NCBI GenBank assembly: GCA_963775425.1
Contig: CAVZJB010000005.1
Location: 288,001-352,000 of the forward strand
DNA: 64,000 nucleotides
Source of the DNA: an uncultured delta proteobacterium
GTDB lineage: Bacteria; Myxococcota; UBA727; VGSZ01
Direction of reading: 5' to 3'
Shown here piece after piece: positions 40,864 to 51,147 of this stretch. The notes under the pieces are model-generated. The model was not told where the DNA came from. It did no database searches and saw only the letters and a list, made by a program, of their open reading frames with translations. Numbering within the stretch: position 1 is the first letter of the stretch; every line of letters begins with the position of its first letter. The translations under genes and the position numbers were made by a program.

Positions 40864-43451
40864 CCGTCTCCTGTGCGCGCGCCGCGCTGCAGGTCGCGGG
40901 CGCTCAAGACGCCCCCCTGCTGCCCGAGCACGTCGAGCTGCTCGCGGTAGGGATCCGTGCGCCGCTCCTCTTCCGCCTTCTCGATGACGCGGCTGGCGGC
41001 GCGCACGACCTCCGCCGGGTGCGACGGGAAGCTGGTCTCCTTGCCGAGCATGATGGCGTCGGCGCCGCGGTCGTAGATGGCGGCGTAGAGGCCCTCGACG
41101 TCGCCACGCGACGGCCGGGAAGGATCCTTCACCATGGACATGAGCACTTCCGTGGCCACCATGGTGGCCTTGCCGTAGAGCTTGCCGACGGCGTTGATGC
41201 GGCGCTCGGCGGCGGGGACGTTCTCGTAGCCGATCTCCACACCGAGGTCGCCGCGCGCGACCATGAGCGCGTCGGCGGCGAGCGCGATCTTCTCGAGGTT
41301 CTCGAGGCCTTCGGGGCGCTCGATCTTGGCGATGATGGGCACCACGTGCCCGATGCCCTTCTTCTCGAGGTCGCGCATCTTCTTGCGGAGGTACTCGATG
41401 TCCGCGGCCTCGCGCACGAACGACGACGCCACGATGTCGATCTCGGGCAACAGGTGCTCGAGGTTGTCGAGGTCGTCGTCGGTGATGGTGCGCACCGAGA
41501 GGTCGCTCTGGGGCAGGTTGATGCCCTTCTTGTCCCAGACCTTGCCGCCCATGACGACGTCGGCGGACACGGTCCCCGCGCCGGCGTCGATGGCCGTGAC
41601 CCGGAGCTCGACTGTGCCGTCGTTCATGAACACGGGATCGCCGACCTTCACGTCGTGGCAGAGCGAGGGGAAGCTCACCGGCAGGAGCGACGGGTTGCCG
41701 ATCACGTCCTTGGTGGTGAGCGTGACGTGCGCGCCCTCCGCGAGGATGATGTCGTTGAACTCGAGCTTCTTCGGGTTTTCGAACTTGCCGAGCCGGATCT
41801 TGGGCCCCTCGAGGTCGACCTGGATGGTGACGTTCTTGCCGAGCGCCGCGGCCGCCGCGCGGATGCGCTTCATGAGCGCCACCTGCTCCTCGGTGGTGCC
41901 GTGGGCGGTGTTGAAGCGGGCGATGTCCATCCCCGCGGCGATCATCTCGCGCAGCTGCGTCTCGGTGGCCTTGGGGTTGATGGTGGCGCAGATGCGCGCG
42001 CGGCGATCGGCCGCGGGGCGCGGGCCGAACACGAGCGCGGGGTCGAAGGGGCTGTCGCCAAAGGTGTGCTTCTCCCAGCGTGTGAGGAGCTTCTGCAGCG
42101 TCTTGCGCGCGCCCTCGTCGATGCTCACCGCGGGCAGCGTGGTGAGGTGGCGCAGCAGCGCGATGCCCTGTCCGTAGACGAGCGGGTTGCCCGCCTCCTC
42201 GGAGAGCGTGAGCACGCGACCGACGGTGTCGACGATGGCCGTCACCTCGGAGCCGCCGCCCGCCGACGGCTGATCGGAGAGGAGGGCGCCGTCCTCGATG
42301 GCCTTGGAGACCGTGACGCGCATGGCGGTGAGCGCGTCGGCGAAGGCGTACGCGCTGTAACCGGCCTCGGGCGCGCCCGCCTTCCCCGCCTTCCTGGCCG
42401 TCGCCGACGGCGGCGCCGCCATGGGATCCCAGCGGTAGGCCTCGGCGACGAGCGCGGCCTCGCGGCGCTGCAGCTCGGCGCCGTCGAGGCCGATGATGCG
42501 CGCGAGGATCTCCTGCGTGCGGGGGTTGCCCGCCTGGCCCTCGCGCCGGACGATGCGCTCGACGGGGACGCCGGCGGCGACGAGGTGACGCACCACGTGC
42601 TGTTGCGCCTCGAGCCCCGAGCGGAAGTGGCCGCTGAAGGTGCCGACGAGCACCTGCGTCACCTCGCCCTTCGCGTTCTTCTGCACAGACAAGGTCCCGG
42701 CGGTGAGCGCGTCGCCGCCGCGGGCGAGCAGCGTGTGGCCCGGCGTGGGCTTGCCCGGCTCGACGACGGCGGCGCGCGCGACGTCCTGCGCGTCGACGAC
42801 GTACTCGACGAGCTGCCCGGGCTCGAGCTCCTTCAGGAAGTCGGCGTCGAGGGCCTTGATCTGCGTGGGGTCGCCGCCCTCGGCGACGAACTTGCGCACG
42901 CGCTCGACGTAGTAGCGCTCCTGCGCGTCGGGCGTGTGGAAGCCCGGCTTCTTCTGCGTGTCGCGGAAGACGACCCACTGCCCCACCGGCTGCGGCGACG
43001 CCTCGTCCTGCATCTCGACGGCGCGGCGGAACACGGCGGTCTGCACGCCGGCGAGGTGCTTTTGCACCGCCAACGCCTGGAGCGCCGGGCCGCGTGCCGT
43101 ACAGGCGGAGAGCTTGTTGAGGAGCGTGCCGAGCCTCTGCTCGAGGACGAACAGCGTGCTCGCGAGCTGGTAAAGGGCCTCGGCGTCGAGGCCGTTGAAG
43201 TCGCGGTCCGCGAGGCGCTCGGCGTGGCCGGCGAGCTTCTCCACGATCTTCGGGTAGTTCTTGAGCGTCCACAGCCGGTCGAGGTCGGTGAGCTCCTGGC
43301 TCGAGATGACCGTGCCGGCGAACGTGTCGGCGCCGCCGGCCTTCCTCGTCTCGATCGTGCCGCCGGCGGCGATTGCCTCGCGTTGGGCGCGGACGCGCTC
43401 GGACGTCCGGCGGTGCGGACGGCGGGTCTTGGGCTCGTTTCGGACCGGCAT
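40860..43451 (-). CDS. fusion: ~480-aa N-terminal region (toxin-like H..LA.GG....AG...SGHF domain) + divergent pyruvate-kinase-like barrel lacking the C-domain
   Basis: AGMDIARFNTAHG, DLEGPKIR, KGINLP, SFVR, IIAKIE, MVARGDLGVE and GADAIML; protein ends shortly after the barrel. Confidence 0.85.
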   Translation of the reverse strand: MPVRNEPKTRRPHRRTSERVRAQREAIAAGGTIETRKAGGADTFAGTVISSQELTDLDRLWTLKNYPKIVEKLAGHAERLADRDFNGLDAEALYQLASTLFVLEQRLGTLLNKLSACTARGPALQALAVQKHLAGVQTAVFRRAVEMQDEASPQPVGQWVVFRDTQKKPGFHTPDAQERYYVERVRKFVAEGGDPTQIKALDADFLKELEPGQLVEYVVDAQDVARAAVVEPGKPTPGHTLLARGGDALTAGTLSVQKNAKGEVTQVLVGTFSGHFRSGLEAQQHVVRHLVAAGVPVERIVRREGQAGNPRTQEILARIIGLDGAELQRREAALVAEAYRWDPMAAPPSATARKAGKAGAPEAGYSAYAFADALTAMRVTVSKAIEDGALLSDQPSAGGGSEVTAIVDTVGRVLTLSEEAGNPLVYGQGIALLRHLTTLPAVSIDEGARKTLQKLLTRWEKHTFGDSPFDPALVFGPRPAADRRARICATINPKATETQLREMIAAGMDIARFNTAHGTTEEQVALMKRIRAAAAALGKNVTIQVDLEGPKIRLGKFENPKKLEFNDIILAEGAHVTLTTKDVIGNPSLLPVSFPSLCHDVKVGDPVFMNDGTVELRVTAIDAGAGTVSADVVMGGKVWDKKGINLPQSDLSVRTITDDDLDNLEHLLPEIDIVASSFVREAADIEYLRKKMRDLEKKGIGHVVPIIAKIERPEGLENLEKIALAADALMVARGDLGVEIGYENVPAAERRINAVGKLYGKATMVATEVLMSMVKDPSRPSRGDVEGLYAAIYDRGADAIMLGKETSFPSHPAEVVRAASRVIEKAEEERRTDPYREQLDVLGQQGGVLSARDLQRGARTGDG

Positions 43452-43550
43452 GGGCTCAGGGTTCTACCCAAACCCCACGAAATTTGGCGCACTTGTTCGC
43501 CGGCTGCGCGGGCGCCGGCGACCTGTCCCGGCTCATGGCGCGCGGAGGCC

Positions 43551-44210
43551 TCACTCCGCGGTCGCGCGGAGCGTGAAGGGCCCGAAGTCGTCGCTGGTGA
43601 AGCCGTCGATCATGATGAACAGCGGACCCGCCGGAGGGCTCGGGACGACGAGATCGATGGTGTGGGTCGCGCTGGCCTGGCAGGCCACGGCCACTTCGGT
43701 ACAGCTCGTGAGCACCTTGGCGAACATGAAGTACGAGGCGACGTCGCTTTGGGCGGTCACATGCAGCGCCTGACCCGCCGGCATATCGATCTGATACACG
43801 AGGTCGGGCGCGGGGAACTCGCCGACACCGTCGCAATTTGTGGAGTCGCTGTTGTCGTCGGCGGCCCCGGTTGTGTCCCCGGCGACGGTGACCCCGAGGT
43901 CAAGGTGGATCGCATTGGAGCAGTCTTCGCCGGGGACGGGCCCGGCGCCCGCGTCCTCGGGGCCGTCGCCCAGACCGGCGTCGCCCAGACCGGCGTCGCC
44001 CAGACCGGCGTCGCCCGCGCCGGCGTCGCTCGGGCCGGCGTCGTCGAGGAGCGGGAAGTCGGGCGGGACGCAGGCGCCGTCGAAGCAGATGAAGCCGTGG
44101 TCGCAGCTGCTCTCGCAGGGGCGGCCGAAGTCCTCGGGCGGCAGCGCGCACGTCGCGGCGAGGAGCAACGCGCCCGCGAGCGCGGCGACAGCAGGGAGCG
44201 CGCGCGTCAC
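43551..44210 (-). CDS. lipoprotein with (GDAGL)n linker and a C-terminal beta-domain (PPC-like)
   Basis: LLLAAT|C; PGEDCSNAI...GDTTGA.DD...PDLVY...IDGF...GPFTL; GTGA-coupled to the upstream gene. Confidence 0.72.
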   Translation of the reverse strand: MTRALPAVAALAGALLLAATCALPPEDFGRPCESSCDHGFICFDGACVPPDFPLLDDAGPSDAGAGDAGLGDAGLGDAGLGDGPEDAGAGPVPGEDCSNAIHLDLGVTVAGDTTGAADDNSDSTNCDGVGEFPAPDLVYQIDMPAGQALHVTAQSDVASYFMFAKVLTSCTEVAVACQASATHTIDLVVPSPPAGPLFIMIDGFTSDDFGPFTLRATAE

Positions 44211-45586
44211 GGGATGCGCTCCTCGTCGGCGGGGCTCGACGGCGGCGCAGGCGGCTCCGGTGGGCTGTTCCACAAAAACCACCCCGCCGCGGCGGAGGCG
44301 GCGCCGGCGAGGAGGCCGAGCGCACCGCCGCCGACGAACCACACGCCGCTCGACTGCCAGCGCTGATCGGCGTCGGCGTCCTGCGCCTGCAGCGTGCGCG
44401 CCTCGGAGAGCGCGCCGTCGGGATCCTGCTGGGCGCGGCGCTCGGCGTCGCGGATGCGGGCGGTGAGCTGGATGTGGTCGGCGATGGGTCCGAGCCCCGA
44501 GATGGCCGCGACGGTGCTGCCGACGACGAGGATGCTGCCGGTGAACGTGAGCGCGCCGGCGAGCAGCTTGTCGCCGCCGTCGGCGCGGGTGCAGTCGGCG
44601 GAGCAGGTGTCGCCGTCGGCGGTGTTGCCGTCGTCGCAGGCCTCGCCCGCCGTCTGCACGCCGTTTCCGCACCGGGTGGTCTTGCAGTTGCCGTCGCAGC
44701 CGTCGCCGTTGTCGGTGTTTCCGTCGTCGCACTCCTCGCCCGCGGTGACGACACCGTTGCCGCAGCGGGTCGCCTTGCAGCCGCGGTCGCAGCCGTCGCC
44801 GTCGACGCTGTTTCCGTCGTCGCACTCCTCGCCCGGATCGATGGCGCCGTTTCCGCAGCGGCTGGTCTTGCAGTTCCTGTCGCAGCCGTCGCCGTTGTCG
44901 GGGTTTCCGTCGTCGCACTCCTCGCCCTCGTCGAGCGCGCCGTTGCCGCAGCCGGGGAGCGTGCAATTGCCGTCGCAGCCGTCGCCGCCGGTGGTGTTTC
45001 CGTCGTCGCACTGTTCGTCGCCGGCGACGATGCCGTTTCCGCACGCGGTCTTGGTGCAGTTGCCGTCGCAGCCGTCGCCGTCGAGGACGTTGCCGTCGTC
45101 GCATTGCTCGCCGGCGGTGACGCGGCCGTTGCCGCAGGCCGTGAGGGTGCAGTTGCCGTCGCAGCCGTCACCGTCCACGGTGTTGCCGTCGTCGCACTGC
45201 TCCCCGGGCTGCACGATCCAATTGCCGCACACCACGGGCGCCTCGGGGCAGGTCTTGCCCGGGCCGTCGCGCGCGATGACGGCGGTGAGCGTCTTGATGC
45301 GCTGCCTGACCACGCCGATCTTCTTGAACTTCGGATAGCTCGCGACCACCGAACGATAGAGGTCCAGGGCGAGGCGGTAGTCGCCGGCGGCGTACGCGAC
45401 CTCGGCGGCGCGGTAGAGGTGCTTGGCCTGCGGCGCGCGCTCGTGGAGCGCGAGGAACAGCGGGATGGCGTCGCAGTACCGCTTCTCCTCGGCCGCCTGG
45501 TACGTCTTCGCGACGAGGTCGGGCGGTCCGTCCGACGGTGGCGGCTTCGGCTGCGCGAGCGCGAGCGCGACGAGCAGGATCAGCAC
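44207..45586 (-). CDS. TPR + 7 Myxococcus Cys-rich (DUF4215-like) repeats, membrane protein
   Basis: signal peptide, TPR helices, seven CGN(G/W)...E.CDDGN...GDGC..C units, two C-terminal TM segments. Confidence 0.85.
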   Translation of the reverse strand: MLILLVALALAQPKPPPSDGPPDLVAKTYQAAEEKRYCDAIPLFLALHERAPQAKHLYRAAEVAYAAGDYRLALDLYRSVVASYPKFKKIGVVRQRIKTLTAVIARDGPGKTCPEAPVVCGNWIVQPGEQCDDGNTVDGDGCDGNCTLTACGNGRVTAGEQCDDGNVLDGDGCDGNCTKTACGNGIVAGDEQCDDGNTTGGDGCDGNCTLPGCGNGALDEGEECDDGNPDNGDGCDRNCKTSRCGNGAIDPGEECDDGNSVDGDGCDRGCKATRCGNGVVTAGEECDDGNTDNGDGCDGNCKTTRCGNGVQTAGEACDDGNTADGDTCSADCTRADGGDKLLAGALTFTGSILVVGSTVAAISGLGPIADHIQLTARIRDAERRAQQDPDGALSEARTLQAQDADADQRWQSSGVWFVGGGALGLLAGAASAAAGWFLWNSPPEPPAPPSSPADEERIP

Positions 45587-45610
45587 GGGGCCAGTCTACG
45601 CCATCGGCCG

Positions 45611-47089
45611 TCAATCCCAGATGTCGGGCGGGTGCGGCGCCTCGTGGTGCTTCGGCGGCTCGTCGCTCCGCGGGTGACGCAGGCGCGGGTGGTGGCCCGC
45701 GTCGGAGGGCGCGGCGCCCGCGTCGCCGACGTCGTGCGCGGCGCTCGGCGCGGCGGCGCCGGCGTCGCGCCCGTCGGGGAGCGAGGCGGCGCCTGCGTCG
45801 ACGACGCCGGCTGCGCCCGCGTCGTGCGGGCCGGCGGGCGAGGCACCGGCGTCGCGGGCCGCGGTGGGCGCGGCCGGGCCGCTCGTGCCGTCGGGGTGAC
45901 GAAGCGCGAAGAGCGCGATGATGACGGCGGCGACGACGATGGCGACGGCGATGAGCGCGGCGGGCGCCACGAGCGATCGCGCGGGGGCGACGGTGATGGC
46001 CGCGGCGCTCGACGGCGCATCGGGGGCGGGAGCAGGCGGCGGGCGCGCCGAGATCTCGGTGGCCATCGACGCCTCGGTCTCGCCGGTGGGGGGCGAGGGC
46101 ATCATCGGCGACGGCGCGTGCGGTGTGCGCGGGCGCGCGGCGTCGTTGATGGTGGCCGCTGAAGCCTCGACCCAGGCCAGCGGCGTGACGTTCGGTCGCG
46201 GCATGCCGACGCCGCTGTCGAAGGGCGGGAGGGCGTCGATGAGCGCCTGCAATTCCTCGGCGCTCTCGGGGCGGTCTTCGGGCGACTTGGCGAGCAAGCG
46301 CTGCACGAGGCCGGCGACGGGCAGGGGGATGGCGTCGGGCAAGGACGGCACGGGATCGAGCGCGTGCGCCATCAACAGCGCGGTGGCCGTCCTGGCCCGA
46401 AAGGGCGGGTGGCCGGCGAGGCACTCGAACCACAACACCCCGAGCGCGTACAGGTCGCTGCGCGCGTCTGTGGTGACGCCGCGCAGGGCGACCTCGGGCG
46501 CGATGTAGCCCGGCGTGCCGACGACGCTGCCGCGCTGGGTGAGCTGCTCCTGATCGGCAGCGCCTTCGTCCTCGCGCACGAGCTTGGCGACGCCGAAGTC
46601 GAGGATCTTGACGAAGTCGGGGTTCCCCGTTGCCTCCATCAACAGCACGTTGTCCGGCTTGAGGTCGCGGTGGATGATGCCGAGCGCGTGCGCCGCCGCC
46701 AGCGCCGAGGCGATGTCGCGCACGACGGTGAGCGTCTTCTTCACCGGCATCGGGCCGCGCTGCTGCAGGCGCTGCCGCAGGTTCTGTCCGGGCACGAGCT
46801 CCATGGCGAAGTAGAGCGCGCCTCCGTCGGAGGACTCCATCTCGCCGAAGTCGAGCAGCGTGACGATGTGCGGGTGGTGCGCCTGCGACAACGTCATCGC
46901 CTCGCGGCGGAAGCGCTCGACGGTCTTTTCGTCCCCGCTGAGGTCGCGGCGCACGACCTTGAGCGCCACCTCGCGCCCGAGCGGCTCCTGCACGGCGACG
47001 TACACCGTGCCCATGCCGCCGGCGCCGAGCCGCCGAGCGACGCGATAGCGCCCCCCCACGAGCTTCCCGACGGCGACGTTGTCGGCCAC
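45611..47089 (-). CDS. Hanks-type Ser/Thr protein kinase with a TM helix
   Basis: LGAGGMG, VALK, HRDLKPDN, KILDFG, GTPGYIAPE and SDLYALG; TM; low-complexity extracellular tail. Confidence 0.93.
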   Translation of the reverse strand: MADNVAVGKLVGGRYRVARRLGAGGMGTVYVAVQEPLGREVALKVVRRDLSGDEKTVERFRREAMTLSQAHHPHIVTLLDFGEMESSDGGALYFAMELVPGQNLRQRLQQRGPMPVKKTLTVVRDIASALAAAHALGIIHRDLKPDNVLLMEATGNPDFVKILDFGVAKLVREDEGAADQEQLTQRGSVVGTPGYIAPEVALRGVTTDARSDLYALGVLWFECLAGHPPFRARTATALLMAHALDPVPSLPDAIPLPVAGLVQRLLAKSPEDRPESAEELQALIDALPPFDSGVGMPRPNVTPLAWVEASAATINDAARPRTPHAPSPMMPSPPTGETEASMATEISARPPPAPAPDAPSSAAAITVAPARSLVAPAALIAVAIVVAAVIIALFALRHPDGTSGPAAPTAARDAGASPAGPHDAGAAGVVDAGAASLPDGRDAGAAAPSAAHDVGDAGAAPSDAGHHPRLRHPRSDEPPKHHEAPHPPDIWD

Positions 47090-47182
47090 GCTGCTTATCC
47101 TCTCCGCGCGCCCTCTCTCGCCTCGCTCGGCGGAGTGCGCGGCTCGCTCCGGTCGGCTAGGTCTAGCATGCCGTGCCCGACC

Positions 47183-47210
47183 GATCAGCGACGGGAGGGA
47201 GCGGCCGCGC
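47183..47210 (+). repeat. REP-like repeat copy overlapping the stop of the GT-C-like gene
   Basis: GATCAGCGACGGGAGGGAGCGGCCGCGC. Confidence 0.65.
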
Positions 47211-49611
47211 GCCGTCGTCGTGCCGCAAGGAGGACGAGCGCCGCGAGGAGCAGCGCGCCGGCGCCGCTGGCGGCGAGGCCGGCGGCGAGCCCGCGCACCT
47301 CGTAGCGCAGCGTGACGGGGCCGCGGCGGACGTCGTCCACGACGACGGCGAGCTCGCGGCCCGCGGCGCGCACGACGGGCAGGGCGGCGCCGGCCTGCTC
47401 GGCGCGCCAGCCGGGCCACCACTGTCGCCGGACGACGACGACGGCGCCGCCGCTGCCGCCCATGGTCACCGTGCCCGCGGTGGGCGACGCGAAGCGCGCG
47501 ACGACGTCGCCGGCGCCCGCTCCGTCGGGCAGGGCGCGGTCGCCGAGCGCGTCGCCGGGGTCGTCGACGAGGGAGAGCGCCCCCGCGGCGCTGGTGGACG
47601 CCGCGATGTCGCGCAGGAGGACCTCGGTGTCCTCGACGAGGCGCGGGTGTCGCGCGACGGCGACGTCGGGGAGCGCGTCGGGCACGGCGAAGACGGGCGG
47701 CGCGGGCGCCGCGAGGGGCACGCGCGTGAGGCCGACGACGGGGGCGCGCGTGGCGATGTGCGTGCACCCGAGCGCGCGCGCCGGGCCGATGACGCCGTGC
47801 TCCTCGTCGAGGAGGTAGCGCGACATGCGCACGACGGTGGCCTGCGCCGACGGCATGTAATCGTCGGGCGTGGCGGGGCCGCCGCAGGCGCCGATGTTGG
47901 GCTTGCCGTCGATGACGTCGGCGAGCGTGTCGCCGGTGAGCTGGAGATCGCCGCCGGCGTCGTCGAGGTGGACGGCGCGGATGCCGTGCCCGATGCACAG
48001 CTCGGCGCCCGCGGGCAGCGCCTGCAGCGGGCGCGGGACGTCGAGCACGGGCCGCGAAAACGGCAGCGCGCCGGCGGCGGCGAGCGCTATCTCGGCCACG
48101 GCGATCACGGGGAGAAAGCGCGCGGTGCGCGGGCGAGAGAGCGCGAGGAGCGCGACGACGCTGAAGCCGAGCGAGCGGCCGAGCGCGGTGAGCGCGCCGG
48201 TGAACAGCGAGGGCAGGGCGTCGACGGGCGCGCGGGTGGCCGCGCGCGCAGCGGCGGCGTCGACGGCGCCGCGCTCGACGACGACGACGACGGCCGCGAC
48301 GGCGAGGAGCGCGGCGACGACCCCGAGGGCGGCGCGCATACGGCGGCGCACGCCGGGCGAGCGCGCGGCGGCGTCCACGACGAGGGCGACGGCGGCGGCC
48401 GCGCACAGCGACGTGAGCTCGAAGTACTTGGCGGGGTAGCGGAACAGCCGCAGCGGCGGGATCACCGCGAGCGCGACCGTGAGGAGCGGCGACGCGGTCG
48501 CGAGCGCCAGCGACACGGCGGCGACGACGACGAGGGGCCCGCTCCTGCGCGGCCAGCGGGCGGCGCGCACGAGCCCCGAAAAGCCGGCGCGTCCGTCGCG
48601 CGTCCGCCGGACCCACGGGACAGCGAGAGCGAGGAGCGCCGCGCACGCGATGGCGCCCAGGAAGGGGCTCGAGGTCCACGCGATGCGCGCGGCGCCGCCG
48701 TGCCACGCCGACACGAGCGTCGCGCCGTCGTCGAAGCGGTGATACGCGATGAGCGGCAAGACGACGCCGAGGGCCTCGGGCAGCTTCAGCGGCCACGCCG
48801 TCGTGCTCTCCACGCCATGCACGCGCGCCACCGCGCCGCCGAGGCCGGCGCTCGGCAGGAGCTGCGCGCACGCGAGGAGCGTCCCGGCGAGCGCGCTCGC
48901 GGCCAGGAGCAGGGCGCGCCCACGGCGCGACGGCGACGACGGCGACGGCGACGGCGACCGCGGTGGGCCCGGTGGGGCGTCGCGGCCGGATCGTCGCGGG
49001 CCGACGGCGGCGGCGACGCCCTCGGCGACGACGAGGCAGCCGGCGGCGAACGCCATCTGCAGGCTGCCGTCGAGCGCGAGCAGCCCGAGCCCGGCGGCGA
49101 CGGCGGCGACGTCGCGGCCGCGCGCTTCGTGCAAGCGCCGCAGGTTGCGCGCGCCGCCCCAGCACAACGGGAGGAGCGCGGCGTCGATGACGTACGGCCC
49201 GTGCAGCACGAGGTCCACGGTGGTGCCGAAGAGCGCTTGCGCGAGCCCGCCGGCGAGGCGCCCTCGCCACGACGCGCCGAAAGAGCCGGCGAAGTATGCG
49301 CCGCAGGCGGCGGCGAGCACGAGCCACGCCCATGAGAAGAACGACGCGGCTGCCTCGGGTGACAACACCGCGGTCGCCAGGTGAGCCGTCGGCGAAAACG
49401 CGAGGCCGAGCGGGTCCTGGAGCACCACGCCGTCGCCGCGCAGCGGATCGAGGATCAGGCGTCCGGCTTCGTGGGCGCACAACGTCGGCACCAGGTTGCG
49501 CGTGTGGTCGAGGCCCGAGAAGCGCGCGCCCGCGACGAGCGGCGCGCCCACTACGAGCGCCACGACGGCCGCCGCGCACGCGGCGGGGTGCCTGCGCACG
49601 AGCCCGGTCAC
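47185..49611 (-). CDS. polytopic membrane protein, YfhO/GT-C glycosyltransferase-like
   Basis: more than 10 TM; AQLLPS, LFRYPAK, WWPGWRA and V..G...VTLRY C-terminal YfhO-like pattern; operon with GT2. Confidence 0.68.
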   Translation of the reverse strand: MTGLVRRHPAACAAAVVALVVGAPLVAGARFSGLDHTRNLVPTLCAHEAGRLILDPLRGDGVVLQDPLGLAFSPTAHLATAVLSPEAAASFFSWAWLVLAAACGAYFAGSFGASWRGRLAGGLAQALFGTTVDLVLHGPYVIDAALLPLCWGGARNLRRLHEARGRDVAAVAAGLGLLALDGSLQMAFAAGCLVVAEGVAAAVGPRRSGRDAPPGPPRSPSPSPSSPSRRGRALLLAASALAGTLLACAQLLPSAGLGGAVARVHGVESTTAWPLKLPEALGVVLPLIAYHRFDDGATLVSAWHGGAARIAWTSSPFLGAIACAALLALAVPWVRRTRDGRAGFSGLVRAARWPRRSGPLVVVAAVSLALATASPLLTVALAVIPPLRLFRYPAKYFELTSLCAAAAVALVVDAAARSPGVRRRMRAALGVVAALLAVAAVVVVVERGAVDAAAARAATRAPVDALPSLFTGALTALGRSLGFSVVALLALSRPRTARFLPVIAVAEIALAAAGALPFSRPVLDVPRPLQALPAGAELCIGHGIRAVHLDDAGGDLQLTGDTLADVIDGKPNIGACGGPATPDDYMPSAQATVVRMSRYLLDEEHGVIGPARALGCTHIATRAPVVGLTRVPLAAPAPPVFAVPDALPDVAVARHPRLVEDTEVLLRDIAASTSAAGALSLVDDPGDALGDRALPDGAGAGDVVARFASPTAGTVTMGGSGGAVVVVRRQWWPGWRAEQAGAALPVVRAAGRELAVVVDDVRRGPVTLRYEVRGLAAGLAASGAGALLLAALVLLAARRRRAAAPSRR

Positions 49612-50326
49612 GGCGCGCGCGCCACCAGCGCGAGGTTCTTGCCGGCGACCGCCGAAAACGGAAGCGCCCGCTCGAGCAGGCGCGTGAGCGGCACGCCGAC
49701 ACGGTCGTAGAGGCGGGCGGCGCCGGTGCCGACCTCGCGGCGGCGGAGCACGCGGCCCACCAGCAGCCACGGCAGCACGCCGAGCGCGTCCACGTACCGC
49801 ACGCCGTCGACGACGAAGCCCGCCCGCGTCACGACGTCGACGAGGGCGCGGCGCGTGTACCGTCGCACGTGGCCCACGGCTTCGTCGAGCGTTCCGAACA
49901 ACAGCGGCAGCGCCGGGACGAACAACAGCAACCGCCCGCCCGGGCGCAGCAGCGAGCGCGCGGTGTCGAGCAGCCCGCGGTCGTCGGGGACGTGCTCGAG
50001 GACGTTGATGGCCACGACGTCGTCGAACACGCGCGCGAACGCCTCCGGCGACGCCGCGCGCGCTTCGTCGAGCGTGCCGGCGACCGCGGTCGTGCGCGGC
50101 AACGCCCGCGCGCGCAGCGTGTCGACGAGGCCGCGGTCGGGCTCCACGAGCACCGCCTCGTCCACCGACGGGAGGTAGTGCCGCGCCATGTTGCCGGTTC
50201 CGGCGCCGACCTCGAGGACGCGACCGCGCGGCCCTCCGTCGAGCGCGTCGAGGATGAAGCGCGCGTACGCGCCGAGCTCCGCCATCATCTCGAGATCGCG
50301 CCCGGGATACCCCGTGCCCGCGTCCA

Positions 50327-50327
<1 letters not shown>
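49608..50327 (-). CDS. class I SAM-dependent methyltransferase
   Basis: VLEVGAGTG, INVLEHVPDD, LRPGG.L.LFVPA and D..VGHVRRY. Confidence 0.9.
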
Positions 50328-51079
<752 letters not shown>

Positions 51080-51147
51080 GCGCTCGGGATTCGAGCGGCG
51101 TGCGCGGGGGACGCGGCATGTCGGTCGCAGCCTACACCGCCGACCCG

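Noticed and set aside
44590-45230. ~90-nt periodic repeats
   Set aside because: They encode Myxococcus Cys-rich protein repeats; not CRISPR or a mobile element
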